NCBI GenBank assembly: GCA_022072205.1 | Contig: JAJVID010000137.1 | Span: 12,331 to 76,330, forward strand | Length of the DNA: 64,000 nucleotides | Source: Acidobacteriota bacterium | GTDB lineage: Bacteria > Acidobacteriota > Blastocatellia > RBC074 | Direction of reading: 5' to 3' | Shown: positions 11,255 to 24,854 of the stretch, piece after piece | Position numbering within the stretch: the stretch's first letter is position 1 | Layout of the letters: each line of letters begins with the position of its first letter | Translations under genes and position numbers: made by a program | Notes under the pieces: generated by a model | Databases searched by the model: none | What the model was told of the DNA's origin: nothing | What the model saw: the letters and a program-made list of their open reading frames with translations, nothing else

Positions 11255-11641
11255 CTAATATGACCTTAATGACCTCGCCACCAACCCGATTCCCCCTGCC
11301 AACAGGCCGAGCATGATCAAAGTATTTGTCAGACTGGTCGGGTTGAAGTAGATGTTCAGATTAGCGATGATGCCGGCAATAATGACGACCACGCCGCCGA
11401 AGGTCAGTATCCAGCCGAACGCCGAACGCCCGTCAAAAAACAGCAGCCCGATGCCGATCAGCAACGGGATCAGCGACAGCCCAAACGCGTTGTGGCCCCA
11501 CAGTTGCCAATATCCGCTCATTACAGTCACGTTGCTCAGGAACAGATAGCCTCCGGCGATGACCATTCCGAGACCGGAAACGAACTGGCCGAGGCCGCCG
11601 GGCGTGCCTCCCGCTCCGCGAATTTTGTCTTTCTCTTCCAT
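11255..11641 (-). CDS. Small integral membrane protein (3-4 TM helices)
   Basis: 128 aa, strongly hydrophobic, 10 nt upstream of the ABC gene on the same strand. Confidence 0.5.
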   Translation of the reverse strand: MEEKDKIRGAGGTPGGLGQFVSGLGMVIAGGYLFLSNVTVMSGYWQLWGHNAFGLSLIPLLIGIGLLFFDGRSAFGWILTFGGVVVIIAGIIANLNIYFNPTSLTNTLIMLGLLAGGIGLVARSLRSY

Positions 11642-11751
11642 AAACTTCTCGGCGTTGTTTTTATTCGGTTGAAAGCTTTAACTATGTCCAAGCGCAGTGC
11701 GCATTCTACTTTGCGCGGAATGACCATCTCAAGAAGGAATCGTTTTGACCG

Positions 11752-12360
11752 ATGAGCGACATACAGTGTTTGAGCCGACACTTCGATCAACTGGCTGATG
11801 AGGCCGCCGCCTGCGTCGTCTGCGAACGGATGCGCGAACGGAAAGCCGTGTTGAGCCGTCTGAACGGCGCGCTCGATCCGCGAGTGATGTTCATCGCCGA
11901 AGCTCCGGGACGCAACGGCGCAGACCGCACGCGAATCCCCTTTCACGGCGACACGTCCGGCAAAAACTTTGAATCGCTGCTCGCTTCGATCAAACTGACG
12001 CGCGACGAAATCTTCATCACCAACACTGTCCTTTGCAGCCCGCGCAAACCTTCCGGCGCGAACGACAAACCCAGCCGCGCCGAGATTCGCAATTGCTCCG
12101 GCTTCCTGCGACGCCAGATCGAATTGATCAACCCGCCGGTCATCGCCACGCTCGGAGCCGTCGCGCTCGACGCGCTGAAATTGATCGAGCCGCACGGGTT
12201 CCAGCTTCGGGAAGACGCCGCGAAGATTTTGCGCTGGAACGGGCGATTGCTCGTGCCGCTCTATCACCCCAGCCCTCAGGTCGTCATCACCGCGCGAACG
12301 CTGGATCAGCAGAAGCGCGATTTCCGTTCGCTGCTGAAAGCGATGCGCGCCCAGGGCTGA
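11752..12360 (+). CDS. Uracil-DNA glycosylase superfamily protein (family 4/5-like)
   Basis: 202 aa. FIAEAPG motif, HPSPQ motif and conserved Cys positions. Confidence 0.7.
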   Translation: MSDIQCLSRHFDQLADEAAACVVCERMRERKAVLSRLNGALDPRVMFIAEAPGRNGADRTRIPFHGDTSGKNFESLLASIKLTRDEIFITNTVLCSPRKPSGANDKPSRAEIRNCSGFLRRQIELINPPVIATLGAVALDALKLIEPHGFQLREDAAKILRWNGRLLVPLYHPSPQVVITARTLDQQKRDFRSLLKAMRAQG

Positions 12361-12480
12361 AACTTTCGCCACAAAAATTTCTTTTCAACGTTTAACCAAC
12401 CATCCGAGTAGTTCAATTCGAGCGCGCAGGAAATCTAAAGCGCTGCCCAAGAAACCGACCAGGAGAATCAGGCCGAAGGA

Positions 12481-13095
12481 ATGGAAATCGCGCTGATGGC
12501 TGAAAAAATCGAGGGCTGCGACGAAGCGGTTGCGGAGCCGGATAGTCTAATCATTCGCGCCAAAGCCGGCGATACGACGGCCTTCGATCAGATCATCAGC
12601 GGCCATCAGCGGCGGGTCATCTCGCTGGCGTGGCGAATGCTGGGCAATCGTGAAGACGCGCGCGACGCGGCGCAGGAGACGTTCCTGCGAGTTTACAGAT
12701 ACCTCGACAGGTTCGACCCGGCGCAGGATTTCAATGGCTGGCTTTACCGCATCGCCGTCAACGTCTGCCGCGATCTGGCGCGCAAGCGCCGAGGCAATCA
12801 CTTTTCGCTCGAAGCCGAAGTCGCATCGGGCGCCATCGCGGAACCTGTCAGCCCGCACAACACGGAGTCGGCGGCGCTGCTGGCTCAGGAGCAGGCGATT
12901 CTGATGCGCGCGCTCGCCACATTGTCCGAAAAAGAGCGAGCCGCAATCGTGCTGCGCGATCTGGAAGGATTACCGACCGAAGAGGTGGCCAGGATTTTAG
13001 GATCGAGCCAGACCACCGTCAGGTCGCAGATCAGCGCGGCGCGCGTGAAGATCAAGGCGTTCAGAGACCGGTTTCTGAAACAAGGGAGAAAGTAG
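12481..13095 (+). CDS. ECF-type RNA polymerase sigma-70 factor
   Basis: 204 aa. Region 2 ([33 protein letters not shown]) and region 4 ([32 protein letters not shown]). Confidence 0.85.
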   Translation: MEIALMAEKIEGCDEAVAEPDSLIIRAKAGDTTAFDQIISGHQRRVISLAWRMLGNREDARDAAQETFLRVYRYLDRFDPAQDFNGWLYRIAVNVCRDLARKRRGNHFSLEAEVASGAIAEPVSPHNTESAALLAQEQAILMRALATLSEKERAAIVLRDLEGLPTEEVARILGSSQTTVRSQISAARVKIKAFRDRFLKQGRK

Positions 13096-13118
13096 TTTTG
13101 AGAAGCGAGGCCCCAATT

Positions 13119-13967
13119 ATGCGATGCGAGCAGGCTGAAAAATTGATTCCGCTTTTCGCAGGCGACGATCTGCCGGCGCGAGAAGCCGAGGCGTTGAACA
13201 GACATCTTGAATCCTGCGCGGATTGCCGCCATCTCGCCTCGGAATTTGAAGAGAGCCGCGACTGGCTGTATAGCTTCGCCACGCCGCAACTCGACGAAGC
13301 GATGTTGGGCGGTCTGCGCGATTCGGTGTTGAAAGAGATCGGGCAGGAAGAAACGCGACCGGGATCGCTCGAAAGGATTTTGCCGCGAGGCCTTGATCAT
13401 CGTTTCGGCCACCGGAAGAGACAATGGCGTAGGGGCGGGTTTTCCCCGCCCACGCCCGTAGTTGAGGAACCTGGGCGGGGAAAACCCGCCTCTACGTTGC
13501 GCCTGATAAGTAGCCGAAACAATGATCAAGGCCTACCACGATGGAACCCGCGATCCGCTTTCGCCGCGTCGCTGGCGTTGCTGCTGCTGATCGCCGCGTT
13601 CGGCCTGCTGCTCCTTCGCCAGCAGCCGCCACAGACGCCCAACCACGATCAAGCCGTGATGAAGAAAGGCGCAGGCAATGAAATCGGATCGCAGCCCGGC
13701 GCTACGCGGGACGAACCGGACTCAAAGATTGTAAACAGAAAACCAGAGCGGCGAGGATTCACGCGCAAACCGAGAAGACCTGAATTAAACCATTCGCCGC
13801 AACCTGAAGCGCAAACGATAGAGTGGCCCGATCCGGCAAAGACCGATCTGGCCGCTAACCGGGAGATGACGCGGATCGAATTCCAGACCGCCGATCCGAA
13901 CATCCGCATCATCTGGCTGACGCCGAAGGATTCAAGTTCGACCAGACCCAACACCAACATTCGATAA
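13119..13967 (+). CDS. Anti-sigma factor (zf-HC2 type, single TM)
   Basis: N-terminal H-x3-C-x2-C motif (HLESCADC), a TM helix AFAASLALLLLIAAFGLLLL, and position immediately downstream of the ECF sigma gene. Start ATG 13119; TTG 13098 is an alternative. Confidence 0.7.
   Translation: MRCEQAEKLIPLFAGDDLPAREAEALNRHLESCADCRHLASEFEESRDWLYSFATPQLDEAMLGGLRDSVLKEIGQEETRPGSLERILPRGLDHRFGHRKRQWRRGGFSPPTPVVEEPGRGKPASTLRLISSRNNDQGLPRWNPRSAFAASLALLLLIAAFGLLLLRQQPPQTPNHDQAVMKKGAGNEIGSQPGATRDEPDSKIVNRKPERRGFTRKPRRPELNHSPQPEAQTIEWPDPAKTDLAANREMTRIEFQTADPNIRIIWLTPKDSSSTRPNTNIR
13388..13534. repeat. 147-bp nested imperfect palindrome (MITE/REP-like) lying in-frame inside the anti-sigma CDS
   Basis: Outer 22-bp arms 13388..13409 / 13513..13534 have 1 mismatch. 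Inner 22-bp arms 13431..13452 / 13472..13493 have 1 mismatch, and each inner arm is itself a GGCGGG-loop-CCCGCC mini hairpin. Confidence 0.8.
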
Positions 13968-13981
13968 GTCGGAGGCAAACA

Positions 13982-14830
13982 ATGAAACTCAGATCAATCG
14001 CAATTTTTATTTCCCTGTTGCTGGTTTGCGCGGCGGTATCATCCGCACTCGCGCAATCAGCCAGCGAGCAGAAGCAGGAGGAAAAGAAAGAAGAGAGGGG
14101 GCCGGAAACCGATCCCAAACGTTTTTCGGTAAAACTGTTCGAGATCAAATATCGCGACCCGATAAGTTTGAATAATGCGGTTACGGCTTTGGGCAGCGGG
14201 GCGAAAGGATCAATGATGGCGCCGAATCCCAATCTTCGCACGCTGACGGTCAGAGATTTTCCTGAAAACATCGCGGCAATCGAAGAAGCGCTGAAGCGAC
14301 TGGATGTGCCTGAGAAACCCAATCCTCCAGTTAGCCTCGAATTCCAGCTTCATCTGATCGCCGCGTCAATGACGCCATCAGAAAAAGCCACGCTGCCGAA
14401 AAATCTGGAGCCTGTTGTGGAGCAGCTCAAGTCAACGTTGAAGTTCACCAACTACCGCTATGTCAACTCGGCATTGAATCGAGTCAGCGCAGGCGGAAAA
14501 ATCGAATCGAGCGGCGTCACCGGTTCCCTTTTCCCAACGCCCGCTGGTATTTCCAACACCACTGATAATCCATCGTTCTATCAGTACAGCCTATCAAAGG
14601 TAGTGCCAACCCAGGATGCGTCAGGCAAGGAAATCATCCTGATAGATTTATTCAAGTTCGGCGTCGGGGTACCGATCAAAATCAGCCCTAGCGGAGTTCA
14701 ATATAGAGACATCGGCATCATAACCCCGCTCAGCCTGCGCGAAGGAGAGTTGGCTGTCGTGGGAACCGCCAACATTAGCACGTCGGACGAGGCGATCATC
14801 GTAGTGATCTCGGTCAAAAAAGCGAAATAG
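13982..14830 (+). CDS. Secreted protein with a secretin-N/NolW-like segment
   Basis: 282 aa. Signal peptide. FEIKYRDPISLNNAVTAL...LRTLTVRDFPENIAAIEEALKRLD resembles the secretin N-domain pattern. The functional call is weak. Confidence 0.4.
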   Translation: MKLRSIAIFISLLLVCAAVSSALAQSASEQKQEEKKEERGPETDPKRFSVKLFEIKYRDPISLNNAVTALGSGAKGSMMAPNPNLRTLTVRDFPENIAAIEEALKRLDVPEKPNPPVSLEFQLHLIAASMTPSEKATLPKNLEPVVEQLKSTLKFTNYRYVNSALNRVSAGGKIESSGVTGSLFPTPAGISNTTDNPSFYQYSLSKVVPTQDASGKEIILIDLFKFGVGVPIKISPSGVQYRDIGIITPLSLREGELAVVGTANISTSDEAIIVVISVKKAK

Positions 14831-14885
14831 CGCTGACGCATTACGCCCGGTTTCGATCTACCTCGACCCATACCAAACACACGGA

Positions 14886-14919
14886 GGGGCGGACACTGCA
14901 TCCGCCCCATTTCTCTTTT
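14886..14919 (+). terminator. Rho-independent terminator candidate
   Basis: ggggcgga-cactgca-tccgcccc (8-bp GC stem) followed by atttctctttt, 56 nt after the stop of 13982..14830. Confidence 0.6.
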
Positions 14920-15002
14920 CACAGCCTTTTCACATTCGGGCCATTGCGGTATAACAGCCGCGCAATCATCCAATTTTTCAATCCCGAAGAAGAGGCCGAA
15001 AG

Positions 15003-17387
15003 ATGAAATTCACGATTGCAAGCTGCGCCCCGCTGCTGCTCTGCGTCTCCCTGGCCGCATTCGCGCAAAACTCGAATCAGGCGCCGCCCGCGAATCAACC
15101 GCCGCCGATTCCGCTCTGGCCTGATGGCGCGCCGGGCGCGAAAGGTTCAGCGCCCGAAGACATCCCAAGCGTTCAGCTTTATCAGCCTCGCGCCGACAAA
15201 GCCTCCAGCGCGGCAATCATCGTCTGCCCCGGCGGAAGCTATCGCGGGCTGGCGCCGCACGAAGGTCACGATGTGGCCGTGTGGCTCAACAGCATCGGCG
15301 TCACCGCTGTCGTTTTGAAATACCGGCTGGGACCGAAATACCAGCATCCGGCGATGATGCAGGATGCGTTGCGCGCGATTCGCTACACGCGATCAAAAGC
15401 AGCCGAATGGAAGATTGATCCGAGCCGGGTGGGGATTATGGGCTTTTCAGCCGGAGGCCATCTGGCTTCGACCGCCGCCACGCATTTCGACACCGGCAAT
15501 CTGAACGCCAGAGACCCGATTGACAGGTTGAGCAGCCGCCCCGATGTGGCGATTCTCTGCTATCCGGTGATCACGATGACCGATCCATTCGCGCACAAAG
15601 GCTCGCGGCTGAACCTGCTGGGCGAAAATCCGTCGCAGTTGTTAATTGATCTGATGTCGAACGAGAAGCAGGTGACCGAATGGACTCCGCCGACCTTTCT
15701 CTTTCACACCGCCGACGACGCGGGCGTGCCGGTCGAAAACAGCATGATGTTCGCCTCGGCGTTGCGCCAGAAGAAAGTCCCGCATGAGTTGCACGTTTAC
15801 GAACACGGACGGCACGGCGTCGGTCTCGCCCGGAACGAACCGGCGCTCAGCACGTGGCCGAAGCTGCTCGAAAACTGGTTGCGCGCGCGACGCTTCGTGA
15901 CTCAGCCGCCGCGCGTCTCGGAAGCCGCGCCCGTCAAAGGCCGCAACCCGGAGATCGTCAAACTAATTGACGAGTTGCGAGTCGCGCCGCCCGAATTCGC
16001 AGCCGACTCGATGATCAAGCTTTCAGCCCACCCGGAGATTGATAACGCGTGGAAGGTGGAGATTCTCGAAGAGGCGTTCAGAATCGCCTTTCAGGCGCAG
16101 CATCCGTACAGGATGAAATACCTCGGCAAATTTCACGTTGACACTCGAACCGGGTACAAGAGCATGGCCTTCGATCTGAAGATGGACAGGCTGTCGCTGC
16201 AACTGTCCGCGATCAGAAATCTGATCGGACTCAACCCGGCAAAAGCCCGCTCGCTGTGGGGCGAGATGCTGAAGCCGAAGCTTGCGCCGCTCAGATGCGA
16301 AGACACGCTGGTTTACGACATTTCCGATTATTACGAAACGATGGCGGCGATGGCGCAGAAAGCGTTCACGCCCGAAGAGGTAAAGGCCGGAGAGCCGATT
16401 CGATTCGTTGATTCCCACATCGTCAACATCGCTTCTCCGACTGAAATCATCCCAGCCGCCATCGCAATCAAAGAGATCAAACCTACGCCGCAACAGCTTA
16501 ACGCGCTGGTCGAGACTTACAGCCGCGCGCTCGAAAACGTCGCGAAGGATGACCGCGCGCTCTGGTTCAATTCTGACAATCTCTCGCTGGCCGCGCTGGC
16601 GCTGGCCGGGGAATGCCTGCGGCGCGGAGTTCCCGCCGACTTCCTGCTCGTTCGTTTTCGCGATTATCTGGCCGGGCAACTGAGCGCGCCGCGTTGCGCC
16701 GACAATCTGGTCAGCGGCGGCAAGCCTGTCGGGACGCCGAAATTCGTCTCTGACTTGAACACGGCCCTGACCATCTTCGAGTACATTCCGAAGCTGACAG
16801 GCGACGAGTTCAGGCCGCGAAGGATTGGCGGCCAGGCGGTGTTTTACCCTTACTGGGAAACGCCGCGAGCGAAAAGCCTCTTTCAGAAAATAAAAGCCCT
16901 GCGCTTCGGCCCGGCGGAAAGGCAGTCAGCCAATACGAGGTCGAACAAACCTCCCTCCACGTTGCCGATTGAAGTCAGGCGATCTACCGAGTGGCAGTAC
17001 CAACTGAGCGATTTTCTGCGCGAGATGGCCGAGTGGAAACCGGAGCACGAAAAGTCGGAGGCCGACTACTTCCATCAAAAATGCAATCTGTTCAACGGGC
17101 TGATCGAACTGTCACCGAACAACACCATGCGATTGAAGATGATCGCCGATTATTTGATCTTCCTGGAGCGGAATCGTTTCGCGCGCGAAAGCTTCATCGA
17201 ATGGTTCCATCACGTCTCCGACCTGCTGCGCCGCGTCCGCGTGATGGGTAAAGAGGAGCGGGAGTTGGTGCTCGACTCGCTGCGAGATTCAAACGATCAT
17301 GCGCTTCAGCTTTGCGTGAAGCTGATGCCCTGGATCGAGGCTGCGACACAGGCAGCGTCACAGGCTGCATCACAGGCTGCGCAGTAA
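15003..17387 (+). CDS. Secreted esterase/lipase (alpha/beta hydrolase, GFSAGGH elbow) fused to a roughly 480-aa helical domain of unknown function
   Basis: 794 aa. Signal peptide. N-terminal about 300 aa carry the oxyanion-like [16 protein letters not shown], and a late HGRHG. The rest has no recognised family. The C-terminus ends [12 protein letters not shown]. Confidence 0.7.
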   Translation: MKFTIASCAPLLLCVSLAAFAQNSNQAPPANQPPPIPLWPDGAPGAKGSAPEDIPSVQLYQPRADKASSAAIIVCPGGSYRGLAPHEGHDVAVWLNSIGVTAVVLKYRLGPKYQHPAMMQDALRAIRYTRSKAAEWKIDPSRVGIMGFSAGGHLASTAATHFDTGNLNARDPIDRLSSRPDVAILCYPVITMTDPFAHKGSRLNLLGENPSQLLIDLMSNEKQVTEWTPPTFLFHTADDAGVPVENSMMFASALRQKKVPHELHVYEHGRHGVGLARNEPALSTWPKLLENWLRARRFVTQPPRVSEAAPVKGRNPEIVKLIDELRVAPPEFAADSMIKLSAHPEIDNAWKVEILEEAFRIAFQAQHPYRMKYLGKFHVDTRTGYKSMAFDLKMDRLSLQLSAIRNLIGLNPAKARSLWGEMLKPKLAPLRCEDTLVYDISDYYETMAAMAQKAFTPEEVKAGEPIRFVDSHIVNIASPTEIIPAAIAIKEIKPTPQQLNALVETYSRALENVAKDDRALWFNSDNLSLAALALAGECLRRGVPADFLLVRFRDYLAGQLSAPRCADNLVSGGKPVGTPKFVSDLNTALTIFEYIPKLTGDEFRPRRIGGQAVFYPYWETPRAKSLFQKIKALRFGPAERQSANTRSNKPPSTLPIEVRRSTEWQYQLSDFLREMAEWKPEHEKSEADYFHQKCNLFNGLIELSPNNTMRLKMIADYLIFLERNRFARESFIEWFHHVSDLLRRVRVMGKEERELVLDSLRDSNDHALQLCVKLMPWIEAATQAASQAASQAAQ

Positions 17388-17485
17388 AAACCCGCCGATT
17401 CGTTGTTCTCTCCAAACGCCTCGCGTAAAATCGCCGCCAGCGCAGGCAATCAAAGCGTCAACTGAAATCCACACAAGGAGAATCT

Positions 17486-18361
17486 ATGCAGGAAGAAATG
17501 ATGAGCCTTTTTCCGTCCGCGCCCGAAGTCACGCGGCGGACTTTCGTGGTGACTTCGCTGACCGCCGGATTCGCAATGGCCGTGCAGCCTATCCAGGCGC
17601 AGACGATGATCACGACCGACACCAACGGCCTGACCGCAAGCGAAGTGAAAATCCCGGTGAAAGACGGCGAGATTCCCGCTTACCGCGCGATGCCGGCGAA
17701 AGGTAAAAACTTCCCCGTCGCGCTGGTCGTGCAGGAGATTTTTGGCGTCCACGAACACATCAAGGACATCTGTCGCCGGTTCGCGAAGGCCGGCTACCTG
17801 GCCATCGCGCCGGAGATGTATGCGCGGCAGGGCGATGTTTCAAAGCTGACCAGCATCAACGACATCATGCCGATCGTGAGCAAGGTTCCTGACGCTCAGG
17901 TGATGTCCGATCTCGACGCCGCGGTCGCCTGGGCGAAGAAGAACAACGGCAATACGTCGAAGCTCGGCATCACCGGCTTCTGCTGGGGCGGGCGCATCGT
18001 GTGGCTTTACGCGGCGCACAACCCGAATCTGAAAGCCGGCGTCGCGTGGTATGGCCGACTTGCGCCGCCGCCGCCTGAGCGCGCAAACCCTCTGCAACCC
18101 AAACACCCGCTCGAAATCGTGAAGGACTTGAAAGCCCCGGTGCTCGGCCTGTACGGAGGCGCGGACACCGGCATCCCGAACAACACAGTCGAGCAGATGC
18201 AGAAGGCGTTGAAAGAAGCCAACAAGCCTTCGGAGATCAAGCTCTATCCCGACACGCCGCACGGCTTCCACGCCGACTATCGTCCGAGCTATCGCAAGGA
18301 GCAGGCTCAGGACGGCTGGAATCTGCTGCTGGCGTGGTTTAAGAAACACGGCGCCGCATAA
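17486..18361 (+). CDS. Dienelactone hydrolase family protein (Tat-exported)
   Basis: 291 aa. RRTFVV twin-arginine leader. [20 protein letters not shown] nucleophile region, and late PHGF. Confidence 0.85.
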   Translation: MQEEMMSLFPSAPEVTRRTFVVTSLTAGFAMAVQPIQAQTMITTDTNGLTASEVKIPVKDGEIPAYRAMPAKGKNFPVALVVQEIFGVHEHIKDICRRFAKAGYLAIAPEMYARQGDVSKLTSINDIMPIVSKVPDAQVMSDLDAAVAWAKKNNGNTSKLGITGFCWGGRIVWLYAAHNPNLKAGVAWYGRLAPPPPERANPLQPKHPLEIVKDLKAPVLGLYGGADTGIPNNTVEQMQKALKEANKPSEIKLYPDTPHGFHADYRPSYRKEQAQDGWNLLLAWFKKHGAA

Positions 18362-18364
18362 CCG

Positions 18365-18482
18365 AATTTGAATTTTGGATTTTGGATTTTGGATTTTGGA
18401 TTGCAAATTGGCTTACCGATTCACAATACAGAATCCAGAATCCAGAATCTAAAATCCAAAATCCAAAATCCAAAATCCAAAA
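18365..18482. repeat. Inverted arrays of heptanucleotide tandem repeats: (TTTTGGA)x4 ... (TCCAGAA)x2 TCTAAAA (TCCAAAA)x4
   Basis: The left array core is 18373..18400 and the right array is 18434..18482. The element starts 4 nt after the DLH stop and ends at the base before the PPK2 ATG. Confidence 0.9.
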
Positions 18483-19310
18483 ATGCCTTACGCTTACAAA
18501 ATCACAGGAACACACCCGATCAAGCTGAAAGACTTCGATCCCGGCGACGACGCGGGACTCAAACGTGAAGATGCGGCTGAGAAGCTTGCAAAGTTGTGCG
18601 ACGAGCTTACTCGCTTACAGGAGTTGCTTTACGCCGCCAGCGATCATTCCGTGCTGATCGTGCTGCAAGGCCGCGACACCAGCGGCAAAGACGGCACGAT
18701 CAAAACCGTGATGGGGCCGCTCAATTCTCTCAGTTGCAATGTGGCGTCGTTCAAGGTTCCGACCGAGAAAGAACGCGCGCACGACTTTCTCTGGCGCGTT
18801 CACCAGCACGCGCCGGCCGAAGGCGAGATCACCATCTTCAACCGCTCACATTACGAAGACGTGCTGGTCGTGCGCGTCCACGAACTCGCGCCCGAAAAAG
18901 TCTGGCGCGCGCGCTACGATCACATCAACGCGTTCGAGAAGTTGCTGGCCGATAACGACACCGTCGTGTTGAAATTCTACCTGCACATCAGCAAGGAAGA
19001 GCAGGAGGAGCGGTTGCTGGAACGCGAGCAGGATCGGACGAAATACTGGAAGCTTTCAGTCGGCGATTGGAAAGAACGCGAATACTGGAACGCCTACACG
19101 CGGGCTTACGAAGACGCGATCAACAAATGCAGCGCGCCGCACGCCCCCTGGTTCATTGTTCCTGCGAATAAAAAATGGTTCCGCAATCTGGCCGTCGCCG
19201 AAGCGATTGTCGCCGCGCTCAAGCCTTTCGAGAAGCAGTGGCTGAAGGATCTGGATATAGTCGGACAGCGCGAGAAGGCGTTGATCGAGGAGTACAGAAA
19301 ATCGAAGTAG
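18483..19310 (+). CDS. ppk2: Polyphosphate kinase 2 family protein
   Basis: 275 aa. [12 protein letters not shown]-loop-like motif and overall PPK2 pattern ([15 protein letters not shown]). Confidence 0.85.
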   Translation: MPYAYKITGTHPIKLKDFDPGDDAGLKREDAAEKLAKLCDELTRLQELLYAASDHSVLIVLQGRDTSGKDGTIKTVMGPLNSLSCNVASFKVPTEKERAHDFLWRVHQHAPAEGEITIFNRSHYEDVLVVRVHELAPEKVWRARYDHINAFEKLLADNDTVVLKFYLHISKEEQEERLLEREQDRTKYWKLSVGDWKEREYWNAYTRAYEDAINKCSAPHAPWFIVPANKKWFRNLAVAEAIVAALKPFEKQWLKDLDIVGQREKALIEEYRKSK

Positions 19311-19324
19311 TTTAAGCTGGCGCC

Positions 19325-19876
19325 ATGCGAACCTTCATCGCCATCGAAATTCCTTCCGAAATCAAATCCGCGCTCGCGGCGTTGCAGACCGAGTTGCGTC
19401 GCGCCGGCGCCGATGTCAGTTGGACGAAACCCGAAAGCATCCACCTGACGCTGAAATTCCTCGGCGAAGTTGATGAGGGGCGGATCAACGAGATTGAAAA
19501 AGCCTGTGTTGATACCGCGTCCGAATTTCAGCCGTTCACGCTCAAACTCAACGACACGGGCGTTTTTCCGAATTCGCGCCAGCCGCGCGTTCTCTGGGCG
19601 GGGTTGTCGGGCGAAGTCGAAAAGTCTGTCGAGATGCAAAAGCGGCTCGATGAAAAGCTCGCGCCGTTTGGGTTCGCGCGCGACGAGAAAGAATTCCGCC
19701 CGCACCTGACAATCGGGCGGGTGAAATCGAACCGGAAAACCCGCGAGTTGATCGCGCTTGCTGACTCATACCGGCTCCCTCCGCTGTCTTTCAACGTGAA
19801 CGAGTTTGTCTTGATGAAAAGCGAACTCCATCCGGCGGGCGCGCGATATACCTGCCTCGCAAAAGCTCATCTGTGA
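19325..19876 (+). CDS. thpR: RNA 2',3'-cyclic phosphodiesterase (2H phosphoesterase)
   Basis: 183 aa. Two H-x-T-x motifs (HLTLKF and HLTIGR). Confidence 0.85.
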   Translation: MRTFIAIEIPSEIKSALAALQTELRRAGADVSWTKPESIHLTLKFLGEVDEGRINEIEKACVDTASEFQPFTLKLNDTGVFPNSRQPRVLWAGLSGEVEKSVEMQKRLDEKLAPFGFARDEKEFRPHLTIGRVKSNRKTRELIALADSYRLPPLSFNVNEFVLMKSELHPAGARYTCLAKAHL

Positions 19877-19920
19877 AAACGAGCGGCGCCAATCACATTT
19901 TTAGCGTTACCATCGTTCCA

Positions 19921-22974
<3,054 letters not shown>

Positions 22975-23033
22975 TTCTATTACCTCCAGTGTCGCAAGCG
23001 AATGGCGCTTGATCCCAGCAAATCAGTTATAAA

Positions 23034-24842
23034 TCAGTGAACAGCGCAATGCAGGCACGGATCGAAGCTGCGGATCGTCCGCAGGATGTCAATGCCCATG
23101 AACTCTTCCGGCTTCGCGCTCTCTTCGAGCAGCGGAGTATTCATTACCGCGCTTTCGCAGGGGCCAGGAACACCGAACGGATCGCGCGGCGAAGCCGTCC
23201 AGGTTGACGCCGACAGAATTTGATAATCGGCGACGCTGCCGTATTCGATGGCGACGTGGTGAGTCATCGCGCCTCGAACTCCTTCCCAGAAACCGACGCC
23301 GGCGGCCTCGACGGGCGAGCGAAAAGGTTTGGACATCTTCTTCTCGCCTTTGTGCAGGTACTCGAACGCCTTCAGCATAAAAGTGAACGCCATCAGGCTG
23401 CTGTAGGCGATCTGATAAGCTCGCGCCCGATTTCTTTCCAGAGCGTTCGGTTTTTCGGGAATCCGCCAGCGCAACCGCTGCGCCGGCAATTCCAGCTTGG
23501 GCAATTCCATCTCCAACCCATTCCCCGTCGCGTGGATGAATTCGCTCTTCAGCTTGCCGGCCAGAGCCGAAACCCACATTCGCGCCAACGGCCCGGTCTC
23601 CATCGGCTCGCAATCCCAGCGCGGCGATGTTCCCCACGAATACCTTTCTTTCCAGTTCCGCTCCGACGGGTCGGGAATCGTCTTTTTATTCCAGGGATGA
23701 AACGGCGAGAGCGGCGAACCGTGCGGGTCGCTTTTCAGGCGGCTGCCCTCCCACTGTTTGTAAAACGAATGCGGGATGAACTCTTCGATCCCGATGTTGA
23801 GTTCGGTCAGCCGCGTCGTGCGCAATTCGCCGTTGACCACCGCGCCCGGCGTCGAAAGCCGCCGCTCGCCCCAACTGTTGCAATTCTGGTAAGAGCCATC
23901 GTAAGACTCAGCGTCGTCCCACATTCCCATGCTGAGCAGATTCGCAGGCAGTTCGCCGACTTTGCGGTAGAGGGGGTTGGCGTCGTAAAAGAACTCGACC
24001 AGATCGTCCCAGATCAGCGCGACTTTCTTCGAATATTCGACCAGCAAATGGATGCGGCCCAGCACGCGATTGAACGTTTCGCGCTCCGGCACAATTCCGA
24101 TTCCGCCTGGAAACATTGTGGACGGGTGCGGGTACTTGCCGAAGATAGCGGTGGCGATTTCGCGCGCCGCTCGCGTCACGTGCATCGCTTCCAGATAAAG
24201 ATCGCCGGCCATCGGGTTCATCGCAGCCATGATCTGAGCGATGGAGCCGAAGCCGTGCGCGCCAGCGTTCGGCGCCGACGCGACCAGCGCCTTCTCCCAC
24301 AGCGACGGAGCCGTCTTCCTGATAGTCACTTCGGAGTAATCAGGCCCGGCATGCAAAAACAGATGTTGCGGGTGATCGAAAAGGCTTTCGGCGCTCGCGC
24401 CCAGATTTCGCGCAATGATCGCCAGCGGAGGCGGCGCCACGTTGTAGGCCATCTCCAACGCCAGCGCGGAAGCGATCGTGTTCGCGCCGCTGCAAAGTCC
24501 GCAAACGCGGCTCGCAATCTGAACCGTGTCCGACGGCTCGCGGTCTTTCAGGATCAATTCATATCCGCGAAAGAGCGCGGCGCCCGTGCGCGCATCGAGC
24601 GCCTTGCGCTGCTCGAAATCAATCACGGTATGAAAGGCGAGCGCCCCGGAAACGCGAGTGACGGGGTCAATGTCGAAACTGCGAAGATATGAGCGTTCCG
24701 CCAATCCCGCGATTACGCGCTGCACGTCTGGTTCGGCCACTCCGACGCCGCCGCGCATGGCGAACGGGTACGACTGGCCATCGCCTCGCAGTGTGGCCTG
24801 CCCGCTCGCGTCAAATTCTATGGGGAGGTTCTTGAAATACAT
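23034..24842 (-). CDS. Divergent [NiFe]-hydrogenase large-subunit homologue, Cys-complete copy (HL-B)
   Basis: 602 aa. PVTRVSGA (in place of RIEGH), RVCGLCSGAN (CxxC kept, His replaced by Asn), GKYPHPSTMFPGGIG, and a C-terminus ending RSFDPCLHCAVH-stop with no extension. Confidence 0.8.
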   Translation of the reverse strand: MYFKNLPIEFDASGQATLRGDGQSYPFAMRGGVGVAEPDVQRVIAGLAERSYLRSFDIDPVTRVSGALAFHTVIDFEQRKALDARTGAALFRGYELILKDREPSDTVQIASRVCGLCSGANTIASALALEMAYNVAPPPLAIIARNLGASAESLFDHPQHLFLHAGPDYSEVTIRKTAPSLWEKALVASAPNAGAHGFGSIAQIMAAMNPMAGDLYLEAMHVTRAAREIATAIFGKYPHPSTMFPGGIGIVPERETFNRVLGRIHLLVEYSKKVALIWDDLVEFFYDANPLYRKVGELPANLLSMGMWDDAESYDGSYQNCNSWGERRLSTPGAVVNGELRTTRLTELNIGIEEFIPHSFYKQWEGSRLKSDPHGSPLSPFHPWNKKTIPDPSERNWKERYSWGTSPRWDCEPMETGPLARMWVSALAGKLKSEFIHATGNGLEMELPKLELPAQRLRWRIPEKPNALERNRARAYQIAYSSLMAFTFMLKAFEYLHKGEKKMSKPFRSPVEAAGVGFWEGVRGAMTHHVAIEYGSVADYQILSASTWTASPRDPFGVPGPCESAVMNTPLLEESAKPEEFMGIDILRTIRSFDPCLHCAVH

Positions 24843-24854
24843 TCACTGTCCTGG

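Noticed and set aside
12361-12480. ECF-type autoregulated promoter (GGAAC-N16-CGT-like) upstream of the sigma factor gene.
   Set aside because: Only weak partial matches (gtttaacc ... cgagta) are present. This is not good enough to annotate without comparative data.
17341-17387. [13 protein letters not shown]-terminal tail as a sorting signal or independent feature.
   Set aside because: It is only about 3 copies of a 12-nt repeat at the very end of one ORF, and I know of no matching sorting motif. It is noted inside the finding on that gene instead.
18365-18482. CRISPR array interpretation of the repeated TTTTGGA/TCCAAAA region.
   Set aside because: The units are 7 nt with no spacers, arranged as two inverted tandem arrays, and no cas genes are present. 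It is a simple-repeat hairpin, not CRISPR.
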